The notes under the pieces are model-generated. The model saw nothing but the letters and a program-made list of their open reading frames with translations. It was not told the origin of the DNA and made no database searches. The position numbers were made by a program, and so were the translations under genes. A DNA stretch of 64,000 bases from Eledone cirrhosa (lineage: Eukaryota), in NCBI GenBank assembly GCA_964016885.1, contig OZ024740.1:3410001-3474000 (forward strand), in the 5' to 3' direction. Below are positions 43,601-56,734 of this stretch, in pieces; the first letter of the stretch is position 1; every line of letters begins with the position of its first letter.

Positions 43601-46600
43601 ATCACTGGTGCTAAATTAACTATCACTGGTGCTAAGTAAACCATCTCTAGTGCTAAATAAACTATCACTGGTGCTAAATAAACCATCTCTAGGGCTAAAT
43701 AAACTATCACTGGTACTAAATAAACTATCACTGGTGCTAAATTAACTATCACTGGTGCTAAATAAACCATCTCTAGTGCTAAATAAACTATAACTGGTGC
43801 TAAATAAACTATCACTGGTACTATATAATCTATCATTGCTGCTAAATACATTATCACTGGTACTAAATAAACTATCACTGGTGCTAGATAAACCATCTCT
43901 AATGCTAATTAAACTATCACTGGTGCTAAATAAACTATCACTGGTACTAAATAAACTATCACTGGTGCTAAATAGAACATCGCTAGTGCTAAATAAACTA
44001 TCACTGGTGCTAAATAAACTATCACTAGTACTAAATAGACCATCACTGATGATAAATAAACCATCACTGGTACTAAATAAACTATCACTGTTGCTAAATA
44101 AACTATCACTGGTACTAAAGTAACCATCACTGGTACTAAATAAACTATCACTGGTGCTAAATAAACTATCACTGGTACTAAATAAACGATCACTGGTACT
44201 AAATAAACTATTACTGGTGCTAAATAAACTATTACTGGTACTAAATAAACGATCACTGGTGCTAAATAAACCATCACTGGTGCTAAATAAACTATTACTG
44301 GTGCTAAATAAACTATTACTGGTGCTGAATAAACTATCACTGGTGCTAAATAAACTATCACCGGTATTAAATAAACTATCACTGGTACTAAATAAACTAT
44401 CACTGGTACTAAATAAACTATCACTTTGTGCTAAATAAACTATCACTGGTACTAAATAAACTATTACTGGTGCTAAATAAACTATTACTGGTACTAAATA
44501 AACTATTACTGGTACTAAATAAACTATTACTGGTACTAAATAAACGATCACTGGTACTAAATAAACTATCACTTTGTGCTAAATAAACTATCACTGGTAC
44601 TAAATAAACTATCACTTTGTGCTAAATAAACTATCACTGGTACTAAATAAACTATTACTGGTGCTAAATAAACTATTACTGGTGCTGAATAAACTATCAC
44701 TGGTGCAAAATAAACCATCTCTAGTGCTAAATAAACTATCACTGGTACTAAATAAACTATCACTGGTGCTAAATAAACTATCACCGGTATTTAATAAACT
44801 ATCACTGGTACTAAATAAACTATCACTGGTACTAAATAAACTATCACTTTGTGCTAAAAATAAACTATCACTGGTTCTAAATAAACTATTACTGGTGCTA
44901 AATAAACTATCACTGGTGCTAAATAAACTATTACTGGTACTAAATAAACTATTACTGGTACTAAATAAACTATTACTGGTGCTAAATAAACTATTACTGG
45001 TGCTAAATAAACTATCACTGGTTCTAAATAAACTATTACTGGTGCTAAATAAACTATCACTGGTGCTAAATAAACTATCACTGGTGCTAAATAAAATATC
45101 ACTGGTACTAAATAAACTATCACTGGTACTAAATAAACTATCACTGGTACTAAATAAACTATCACTGGTACTAAATAAACTATCACTGGTACTAAATAAA
45201 CTATCACTGGTGCTAAATAAACTATCACTGGTGCTAAATAAACTATCACTGGTGCTAAATAAACTATTACTGGTGCTAAATAAACTATTACTCGTACTAA
45301 ATAAACTATTAATGGTGCTAAATAAACTATTACTGGTGCTAAATAAACTATTACTGGTACTAAATAAAGGATCACTGGTGCTAAATAAACCATCACTGGT
45401 GCTAAATAAACTATTACTGGTGCTAAATAAACTATTACTGGTGCTGAATAAACTATCACTGGTGCTAAATAAACTATCACCGGTATTAAATAAACTATCA
45501 CTGGTACTAAATAAACTATCACTGGTGCTAAATAAACTATCACTGGTGCTAAATATACTATCACTGGTACTAGATAAACTATCACTGGTGCTAAATAAAC
45601 CATCTCTAGTGCTACAGAAACTATCACTGGTGCTAAATAAACTATCACTGGTGCTAAATAAACTATCACTAGTACTAAATAAACTATCACTGGTGCTAAA
45701 TTAACTATCACTGGTGCTAAATAAACCATCTCTAGTGCTAAATAAACTATCACTGGTGCTAAATAAACTATCTCTGGTACTATATATACTATCACTGGTG
45801 CTAAATAAATTATCACTGGTGCTAAATAAACCATCTCTAGTACTAAATAAACTATCACTGGTGCTAAATTAACCATCTCTAGTGCTACATAAACTATCAC
45901 TGGTACTAAATAAACTACCGCTGGTGCAACATAAACTATCACTAGTGCTAAATAAACTATCACTGGTGCTAAATAAACTACCACAGGTGCTAAATAAACT
46001 ATCACTGGTGCTAAATAAACTATCAGTAGTACTAAATAAACTATCACTGGTGCTAAATTAACTATCACTGGTGCTAAATAAACTATCACTGGTGCTAAAT
46101 AAACTATCACTGGTACTAAATAAACTATCAGTAGTACTAAATAAACTATCACTGGTGCTAAATTAACTATCACTGGTGCTAAGTAAACCATCTCTAGTGC
46201 TAAATAAACTATCACTGGTGCTAAATAAACCATCTCTAGGGCTAAATAAACTATCACTGGTACTAAATAAACTATCACTGGTGCTAAATTAACTATCACT
46301 GGTGCTAAATAAACCATCTCTAGTGCTAAATAAACTATAACTGGTGCTAAATAAACTATCACTGGTACTATATAATATATCATTGCTGCTAAATACATTA
46401 TCACTGGTACTAAATAAACTATCACTGGTGCTAGATAAACCATCTCTAATGCTAATTAAACTATCACTGGTGCTAAATAAACTATCACTGGTACTAAATA
46501 AACTATCACTGGTGCTAAATAGAACATCGCTAGTGCTAAATAAACTATCACTGGTGCTAAATAAACTATCACTAGTACTAAATAGACCATCACTGGTGAT

Positions 46601-49600
46601 AAATAAACCATCACTGGTACTAAATAAACTATCACTGTTGCTAAATAAACTATCACTGGTACTAAAGTAACCATCACTGGTACTAAATAAACTATCACTG
46701 GTGCTAAATAAACTATCACTGGTACTAAATAAACGATCACTGGTACTAAATAAACTATTACTGGTGCTAAATAAACTATTACTGGTACTAAATAAACGAT
46801 CACTGGTGCTAAATAAACCATCACTGGTGCTAAATAAACTATTACTGGTGCTAAATAAACTATTACTGGTGCTGAATAAACTATCACTGGTGCTAAATAA
46901 ACTATCACCGGTATTAAATAAACTATCACTGGTACTAAATAAACTATCACTGGTACTAAATAAACTATCACTTTGTGCTAAATAAACTATCACTGGTACT
47001 AAATAAACTATTACTGGTGCTAAATAAACTATTACTGGTACTAAATAAACTATCACTTTGTGCTAAATAAACTATCACTGGTACTAAATAAACTATTACT
47101 GGTGCTAAATAAACTATTACTGGTGCTGAATAAACTATCACTGGTGCAAAATAAACCATCTCTAGTGCTAAATAAACTATCACTGGTACTAAATAAACTA
47201 TCACTGGTGCTAAATAAACTATCACCGGTATTAAATAAACTATCACTGGTACTAAATAAAATATGACTGGTACTAAATAAACTATCACTTTGTGCTAAAA
47301 ATAAACTATCACTGGTTCTAAATAAACTATTACTGGTGCTAAATAAACTATCACTGGTGCTAAATAAACTATTACTGGTACTAAATAAACTATTACTGGT
47401 ACTAAATAAACTATTACTGGTGCTAAATAAACTATTACTGGTGCTAAATAAACTATCACTGTTTCTAAATAAACTATTACTGGTGCTAAATAAACTATCA
47501 CTGGTGCTAAATAAACTATCACTGGTGCTAAATAAAATATCACTGGTACTAAATAAACTATCACTGGTACTAAATAAACTATCACTGGTACTAAATAAAC
47601 TATCACTGGTACTAAATAAACTATCACTGGTACTAAATAAACTATCACTGGTGCTAAATAAACTATCACTGGTGCTAAATAAACTATCACTGGTGCTAAA
47701 TAAACTATTACTGGTGCTAAATAAACTATTACTGGTACTAAATAAACTATTAATGGTGCTAAATAAACTATTACTGGTGCTAAATAAACTATTACTGGTA
47801 CTAAATAAAGGATCACTGGTGCTAAATAAACCATCACTGGTGCTAAATAAACTATTACTGGTGCTAAATAAACTATTACTGGTGCTGAATAAACTATCAC
47901 TGGTGCTAAATAAACTATCACCGGTATTAAATAAACTATCACTGGTACTAAATAAACTATCACTGGTGCTAAATAAACTATCACTGGTGCTAAATATACT
48001 ATCACTGGTACTAGATAAACTATCACTGGTGCTAAATAAACCATCTCTAGTGCTACAGAAACTATCACTGGTGCTAAATAAACTATCACTGGTGCTAAAT
48101 AAACTATCACTAGTACTAAATAAACTATCACTGGTGCTAAATTAACTATCACTGGTGCTAAATAAACCATCTCTAGTGCTAAATAAACTATCACTGGTGC
48201 TAAATAAACTATCTCTGGTACTATATATACTATCACTGGTGCTAAATAAATTATCACTGGTGCTAAATAAACCATCTCTAGTACTAAATAAACTATCACT
48301 GGTGCTAAATTAACCATCTCTAGTGCTACATAAACTATCACTGGTACTAAATAAACTACCGCTGGTGCAACATAAACTATCACTAGTGCTAAATAAACTA
48401 TCACTGGTGCTAAATAAACTACCACAGGTGCTAAATAAACTATCACTGGTGCTAAATAAACTATCAGTAGTACTAAATAAACTATCACTGGTGCTAAATT
48501 AACTATCACTGGTGCTAAATAAACTATCACTGGTGCTAAATAAACTATCACTGGTACTAAATAAACTATCAGTAGTACTACATAAACTATCACTGGTGCT
48601 AAATTAACTATCACTGGTGCTAAGTAAACCATCTCTAGTGCTAAATAAACTATCACTGGTGCTAAATAAACCATCTCTAGGGCTAAATAAACTATCACTG
48701 GTACTAAATAAACTATCACTGGTGCTAAATTAACTATCACTGGTGCTAAATAAACCATCTCTAGTGCTAAATAAACTATAACTGGTGCTAAATAAACTAT
48801 CACTGGTACTATATAATCTATCATTGCTGCTAAATACATTATCACTGGTACTAAATAAACTATCACTGGTGCTAGATAAACCATCTCTAATGCTAATTAA
48901 ACTATCACTGGTGCTAAATAAACTATCACTGGTACTAAATAAACTATCACTGGTGCTAAATAGAACATCGCTAGTGCTAAATAAACTATCACTGGTGCTA
49001 AATAAACTATCACTAGTACTAAATAGACCATCACTGGTGATAAATAAACCATCACTGGTACTAAATAAACTATCACTGTTGCTAAATAAACTATCACTGG
49101 TACTAAAGTAACCATCACTGGTACTAAATAAACTATCACTGGTGCTAAATAAACTATCACTGGTACTAAATAAACGATCACTGGTACTAAATAAACTATT
49201 ACTGGTGCTAAATAAACTATTACTGGTACTAAATAAACGATCACTGGTGCTAAATAAACCATCACTGGTGCTAAATAAACTATTACTGGTGCTAAATAAA
49301 CTATTACTGGTGCTGAATAAACTATCACTGGTGCTAAATAAACTATCACCGGTATTAAATAAACTATCACTGGTACTAAATAAACTATCACTGGTACTAA
49401 ATAAACTATCACTTTGTGCTAAATAAACTATCACTGGTACTAAATAAACTATTACTGGTGCTAAATAAACTATTACTGGTACTAAATAAACTATTACTGG
49501 TACTAAATAAACTATTACTGGTACTAAATAAACGATCACTGGTACTAAATAAACTATCACTTTGTGCTAAATAAACTATCACTGGTACTAAATAAACTAT

Positions 49601-49850
49601 CACTTTGTGCTAAATAAACTATCACTGGTACTAAATAAACTATTACTGGTGCTAAATAAACTATTACTGGTGCTGAATAAACTATCACTGGTGCAAAATA
49701 AACCATCTCTAGTGCTAAATAAACTATCACTGGTACTAAATAAACTATCACTGGTGCTAAATAAACTATCACCGGTATTAAATAAACTATCACTGGTACT
49801 AAATAAACTATCACTGGTACTAAATAAACTATCACTTTGTGCTAAATAAA
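34670..49850. repeat. Expanded ~2.4-2.55-kb higher-order repeat domain with truncated ~1.45-1.5-kb copies
   Basis: Equivalent ORF ends fall at 35185, 37667, 40214, 41666, 43157, 45704 and 48145 (spacings 2482, 2547, 1452, 1491, 2547, 2441). Diagnostic variants are TTAATGGTG, AAATACATT and CTCTAATGCTAATT. Confidence 0.85.
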
Positions 49851-52800
49851 CTATCACTGGTTCTAAATAAACTATTACTGGTGCTAAATAAACTATCACT
49901 GGTGCTAAATAAACTATTACTGGTGCTAAATAAACTATTACTGGTACTAAATAAACTATTACTGGTGCTAAATAAACTATTACTGGTGCTAAATAAACTA
50001 TCACTGGTTCTAAATAAACTATTACTGGTGCTAAATAAACTATCACTGGTGCTAAATAAACTATCACTGGTGCTAAATAAAATATCACTGGTACTAAATA
50101 AACTATCACTGGTACTAAATAAACTATCACTGGTACTAAATAAACTATCACTGGTACTAAATAAACTATCACTAGTACTAAATAAACTATCACTGGTGCT
50201 AAATAAACTATCACTGGTGCTAAATAAACTATCACTGGTACTAGATAAACTATCACTGGTGCTAAATAAGCCATCTCTAGTGCTACAGAAACTATCACTG
50301 GTGCTAAATAAACTATCACTGGTGCTAAATAAACTATCACTAGTACTAAATAAACTATCACTGGTGCTAAATTAACTATCACTGGTGCTAAATAAACCAT
50401 CTCTAGTGCTAAATAAACTATCACTGGTGCTAAATAAACTATCTCTGGTACTATATATACTATCACTGGTGCTAAATAAATTATCACTGGTGCTAAATAA
50501 ACCATATCTAGTACTAAATAAACTATCACTGGTGCTAAATTAACCATCTCTAGTGCTACATAAACTATCACTGGTACTAAATAAACTACCGCTGGTGCAA
50601 CATAAACTATCACTGGTGCTAAATAAACTATCACTGGTGCTAAATAAACTACCACAGGTGCTAAATAAACTACCACTGGTGCTAAATAAACTATCAGTAG
50701 TACTAAATAAACTATCACTGGTGCTAAATTAACTATCACTGGTGCTAAATAAACTACCACTGGTGCTAAATAAACTATCACTGGTGCTAAATAAACTATC
50801 AGTAGTACTAAATAAACTATCACTGGTGCTAAATTAACTATCACTGGTGCTAAGTAAACCATCTCTAGGGCTAAATAAACTATCACTGGTACTAAATAAA
50901 CTATCACTGGTGCTAAATTAACTATCACTGGTGCTAAATAAACCATCTCTAGTGCTAAATAAACTATAACTGGTGCTAAATAAACTATCACTGGTACTAT
51001 ATAAACTATCATTGCTGCTAAATAAATTATCACTGGTACTAAATAAACTATCACTGGTACTAAATAAACTATCACTGGTGCTAAATAGAACATCGCTAGT
51101 GCTAAATAAACTATCACTGGTGCTAAATAAACTATCACTGGTACTAAATAGACCATCACTGGTGATAAATAAACCATCACTGGTACTAAATAAACTATCA
51201 CTGGTGCTAAATAAACTATCACTGGTACTAAATTAACCATCACTGGTACTAAATAAACTATCACTGGTGCTAAATAAACTATCACTGGTACTAAATAAAC
51301 GATCACTGGTACTAAATAAACTATTACTGGTGCTAAATAAACTATTACTGGTACTAAATAAACGATCACTGGTGCTAAATAAACCATCACTTGTGCTAAA
51401 TAAACTATTACTGGTGCTAAATAAACCATCTCTAGTGCTAAATAAACTATCACTGGTGCTAAATAAACCATCTCTAGGGCTAAATAAACTATCACTGGTA
51501 CTAAATAAACTATCACTGGTGCTAAATTAACTATCACTGGTGCTAAATAAACCATCTCTAGTGCTAAATAAACTATAACTGGTGCTAAATAAACTATCAC
51601 TGGTACTATATAAACTATCATTGCTGCTAAATAAATTATCACTGGTACTAAATAAACTATCACTGGTGCTAGATAAACCATCTCTAGTGCTAATTAAACT
51701 ATCACTGGTGCTAAATAAACTATCACTGGTACTAAATAAACTATCACTGGTGCTAAATAGAACATCGCTAGTGCTAAATAAACTATCACTGGTGCTAAAT
51801 AAACTATCACTGGTACTAAATAGACCATCACTGGTGATAAATAAACCATCACTGGTACTAAATAAACTATCACTGGTGCTAAATAAACTATCACTGGTAC
51901 TAAATTAACCATCACTGGTACTAAATAAACTATTACTGGTGCTAAATAAACTATTACTGGTACTAAATAAACGATCACTGGTGCTAAATAAACCATCACT
52001 TGTGCTAAATAAACTATTACTGGTGCTAAATAAACTATTACTGGTACTAAATAAAGGATCACTGGTGCTAAATAAACCATCACTGGTGCTAAATAAACTA
52101 TTACTGGTGCTAAATAAACTATTACTGGTGCTGAATAAACTATCACTGGTGCTAAATAAACTATCACCGGTATTAAATAAACTATCACTGGTACTAAATA
52201 AACTATCACTGGTACTAAATAAACTATCACTTTGTGCTAAATAAACTATCACTGGTACTAAATAAACTATTACTGGTGCTAAATAAACTATCACTGGTGC
52301 TAAATAAACTACCACTGGTGCTAAATAAACCATCACTTGTGCTAAATAAACTATTACTGGTGCTAAATAAACCATCTCTAGTGCTAAATAAACTATCACT
52401 GGTGCTAAATAAACCATCTCTAGGGCTAAATAAACTATCACTGGTACTAAATAAACTATCACTGGTGCTAAATTAACTATCACTGGTGCTAAATAAACCA
52501 TCTCTAGTGCTAAATTAACTATAACTGGTGCTAAATAAACTATCACTGGTACTATATAAACTATCATTGCTGCTAAATAAATTATCACTGGTACTAAATA
52601 AACTATCACTGGTGCTAGATAAACCATCTCTAGTGCTAATTAAACTATCACTGGTGCTAAATAAACTATCACTGGTACTAAATAAACTATCACTGGTGCT
52701 AAATAGAACATCGCTAGTGCTAAATAAACTATCACTGGTGCTAAATAAACTATCACTGGTACTAAATAGACCATCACTGGTGATAAATAAACTATCACTG

Positions 52801-55800
52801 GTACTAAATTAACCATCACTGGTACTAAATAAACTATTACTGGTGCTAAATAAACTATTACTGGTACTAAATAAACGATCACTGGTGCTAAATAAACCAT
52901 CACTTGTGCTAAATAAACTATTACTGGTGCTAAATAAACTATTACTGGTACTAAATAAAGGATCACTGGTGCTAAATAAACCATCACTGGTGCTAAATAA
53001 ACTATTACTGGTGCTAAATAAACTATTACTGGTGCTGAATAAACTATCACTGGTGCTAAATAAACTATCACCGGTATTAAATAAACTATCACTGGTACTA
53101 AATAAACTATCACTGGTACTAAATAAACTATCACTTTGTGCTAAATAAACTATCACTGGTACTAAATAAACTATTACTGGTGCTAAATAAACTATTACTG
53201 GTACTAAATAAACTATTACTGGTACTAAATAAACTATTACTGGTACTAAATAAACGATCACTGGTACTAAATAAACTATCACTTTGTGCTAAATAAACTA
53301 TCACTGGTACTAAATAAACTATCACTTTGTGCTAAATAAACTATCACTGGTACTAAATAAACTATTACTGGTGCTAAATAAACTATTACTGGTGCTGAAT
53401 AAACTATCACTGGTGCAAAATAAACCATCTCTAGTGCTAAATAAACTATCACTGGTACTAAATAAATTATCACTGGTGCTAAATAAACTATCACCGGTAT
53501 TAAATAAACTATCACTGGTACTAAATAAACTATCACTGGTACTAAATAAACTATCACTTTGTGCTAAATAAACTATCACTGGTTCTAAATAAACTATTAC
53601 TGGTGCTAAATAAACTATCACTGGTGCTAAATAAACTATTACTGGTGCTAAATAAACTATTACTGGTACTAAATAAACTATTACTGGTGCTAAATAAACT
53701 ATTACTGGTGCTAAATAAACTATTACTGGTACTAAATAAACGATAACTGGTGCTAAATAACCCATCACTGGTGCTAATTAAACTATCACTGGTGCTAAAT
53801 AAAATATCACTGGTACTAAATAAACTATCACTGGTACTAAATAAACTATCACTGGTACTAAATAAACTATCACTGGTACTAAATAAACTATCACCGGTAC
53901 TAAATAAACTATCACTGGTACTAAATAAACTATCGCTGGTACTAAATAAACTATCACCGGTACTAAATAAACTATCACTTGTACTAAATAAACTATCACT
54001 GGTACTAAATAAACTATCACTGGTGCTAAATAAACCATCACCGGTACTAAATAAACTATCACTGGTACTAAATAAACTATCACTGGTACTAAATAAACTA
54101 TCACTTTGTGCTAAATAAACTATCACTGGTACTAAATAAACTATTACTGGTACTAAATAAACTATCACTGGTACTAAATAAACTATCACTTTGTGCTAAA
54201 TAAACTATCACTGGTACTAAATAAACTATCACTGGTACTAAATAAACTATCACTGGTGCTACATAAACCATCACTTGTGCTAAATAAACTATTACTGGTG
54301 CTAAATAAACTATTACTGGTACTAAATAAAGGATCACTGGTGCTAAATAAACCATCACTGGTGCTAAATAAACTATTACTGGTGCTAAATAAACTATTAC
54401 TGGTGCTGAATAAACTATCACTGGTGCTAAATAAACTATCACCGGTATTAAATAAACTATCACTGGTACTAAATAAACTATCACTGGTACTAAATAAACT
54501 ATCACTTTGTGCTAAATAAACTATCACTGGTACTAAATAAACTATTACTGGTGCTAAATAAACTATTACTGGTACTAAATAAACTATTACTGGTACTAAA
54601 TAAACTATTACTGGTACTAAATAAACGATCACTGGTACTAAATAAACTATCACTTTGTGCTAAATAAACTATCACTGGTACTAAATAAACTATCACTTTG
54701 TGCTAAATAAACTATCACTGGTACTAAATAAACTATTACTGGTGCTAAATAAACTATTACTGGTGCTGAATAAACTATCACTGGTGCAAAATAAACCATC
54801 TCTAGTGCTAAATAAACTATCACTGGTGCTAAATAAACTATTACTGGTACTAAATAAACTATTACTGGTGCTAAATAAACTATTACTGGTGCTAAATAAA
54901 CTATTACTGGTACTAAAGAAACTATTACTGGTGCTAAATAAACTATTACTGGTGCTAAATAAACTATTACTGGTACTAAATAAACGATAACTGGTGCTAA
55001 ATAACCCATCACTGGTGCTAAATAAACTATCACTGGTGCTAAATAAAATATCACTGGTACTAAATAAACTATCACTGGTACTAAATAAACTATCACTGGT
55101 ACTAAATAAACTATCACTGATACTAAATAAACTATCACCGGTACTAAATAAACTATCACTGGTACTAAATAAACTATCACTGGTACTAAATAAACTATCA
55201 CCGGTACTAAATAAACTATCACTTGTACTAAATAAACTATCACTGGTACTAAATAAACTATCACTGGTGCTAAATAAACCATCACCGGTACTAAATAAAC
55301 TATCACTGGTACTAAATAAACTATCACTGGTACTAATTAAACTATCACTTTGTGCTAAATAAACTATCACTGGTACTAAATAAACTATTACTGGTACTAA
55401 ATAAACTATCACTGGTACTAAATAAACTATCACTTTGTGCTAAATAAACTATCACTGGTACTAAATAAACTCTGACTGGTACTAAATAAACTATCACTGG
55501 TGCTAAATAAACTATCACTGGTGCTAAATAAACTATCACTGGTGCTAAATAAACTATCACTGGTACTAAATAAACTATCACTGGTGCTAAATAAACTAAC
55601 ACTGGTACTAAATAAACTATCACTGGTACTAAATAGACCATCACTGGTGATAAATAAACCATCACTGGTACTAAATAAACTATCACTAGTGCTAAATAAA
55701 ATATCACTGATGCTAAATAAAATATCACTGGTACTAAATAAACTATCACTGGTACTAAATAAACTATCACTGGTGCTAAATAAACCATCACTGGTGCTTA

Positions 55801-56734
55801 ATAAACTATCACTGGTGCTGAATAAACTATCACTGGTGCTAAATAAACCATCTCTATTGCTAAATAAACTATCACCGCTACTAAATAAACTATCACTGGT
55901 ACCAAATAAACTATCACTGGTACTAAATAAACTATCACTGGTACTAAATAAACTATCACTGGTACTAAATAAACTATCACTGGTGCTAAATAAACTATCA
56001 CTGGTGCTAAATAAACTATCACTGGTACAAAATAAACTATCACTGGTGCTAAATAAACCATCTCTAGTGCTAAATAAACTATCACTGGTGCTAAATAAAC
56101 TACCGCTGGTGCGAAATAAACTATCACTGGTGCTAAATAAACTATCACTGGTGCTAAATAAACTACCACTGGTGCTAAATAAACTATCACTGGTGCTAAA
56201 TAAACTATCACTATTACTAAATGAACTATCACTGTTGCTAAATAAACTATCACTGGTGCTAAATAAACTATCACTGGTGCTAAATAAACTATCACTGGTG
56301 CTACATAAATTATCACTGGTGCTAAATAAACCATCTCTAGTGCTAAATAAACTATCACTGGTACTAAATAAACTTTCTCTAGTGCTAAATAAACTATCAC
56401 TGGTACTAAATAAACTATCACTGGTGCTAAATAAACTATCACTGGTACTAAATAAACTATCACTGGTGCTAAATAAACTATCACTGTTGCTAAATAATCT
56501 ATCAGTGGTACTAAATAAACTATCACTGTTACTAAATAAACTATCTCTGGTACTAAATTAACTATCACTGGTGCTAAATAACCCATCTCTAGTGATAAAT
56601 AAACTATCACTGGTGCTAAATAAACTACCACTGGTGCTAAATAAACTATCACTGGTGCTAAATTAACTATCACTGGTACTAAATAAACTATCACTTTTGC
56701 TAAATAAACTATCACTGGTGCTACATAAACTATT

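Larger units (their letters stand above)
1..56734. repeat. 21-bp tandem satellite array, consensus CTAAATAAACTATCACTGGT(A/G), about 2,700 monomers, continuing beyond the left edge of the window
   Basis: The head-to-tail unit is directly visible through the whole interval, in one orientation and with no unique spacers. Recurrent variants are TATTACT, CCATCTCTAGTG, TCACCGGT, a 22-bp CACTTTGTG monomer and 20-bp monomers. The copy number is 56,734/21. Confidence 0.99.

Noticed and set aside
6950-56600. CTAG in variant monomers as Helitron 3' termini
   Set aside because: No GC-rich subterminal hairpin precedes them, and CTAG arises from a single G>A change in the monomer.
19-56715. Hundreds of ORFs encoding LNKLSLV (leucine-zipper-like heptad), VIVYLAP (hydrophobic) or FSTSDSL (mucin-like) repeats, up to 693 aa
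   Set aside because: They are an automatic consequence of a 21-bp unit lacking stops in three frames. Variants introduce stops and frameshifts freely, starts are mostly GTG/TTG, and no unique domain or splice structure is present.
1-56734. CRISPR array or iteron-like prokaryotic repeat
   Set aside because: Monomers are directly adjacent with no unique spacers and no cas or plasmid rep genes. The flanks are eukaryotic (spliceosomal exon, LINE, Helitron).
1-56734. Telomeric or centromeric identity of the array
   Set aside because: There is no TTAGGG-like unit, and the array appears to be intronic. Centromere function cannot be inferred from sequence alone.
1-56734. Recursive-splicing (AG|GT) sites in each monomer of the pre-mRNA strand
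   Set aside because: The acceptor-like TTTAG is followed by CACC or TACC, not GT(A/G)AG.
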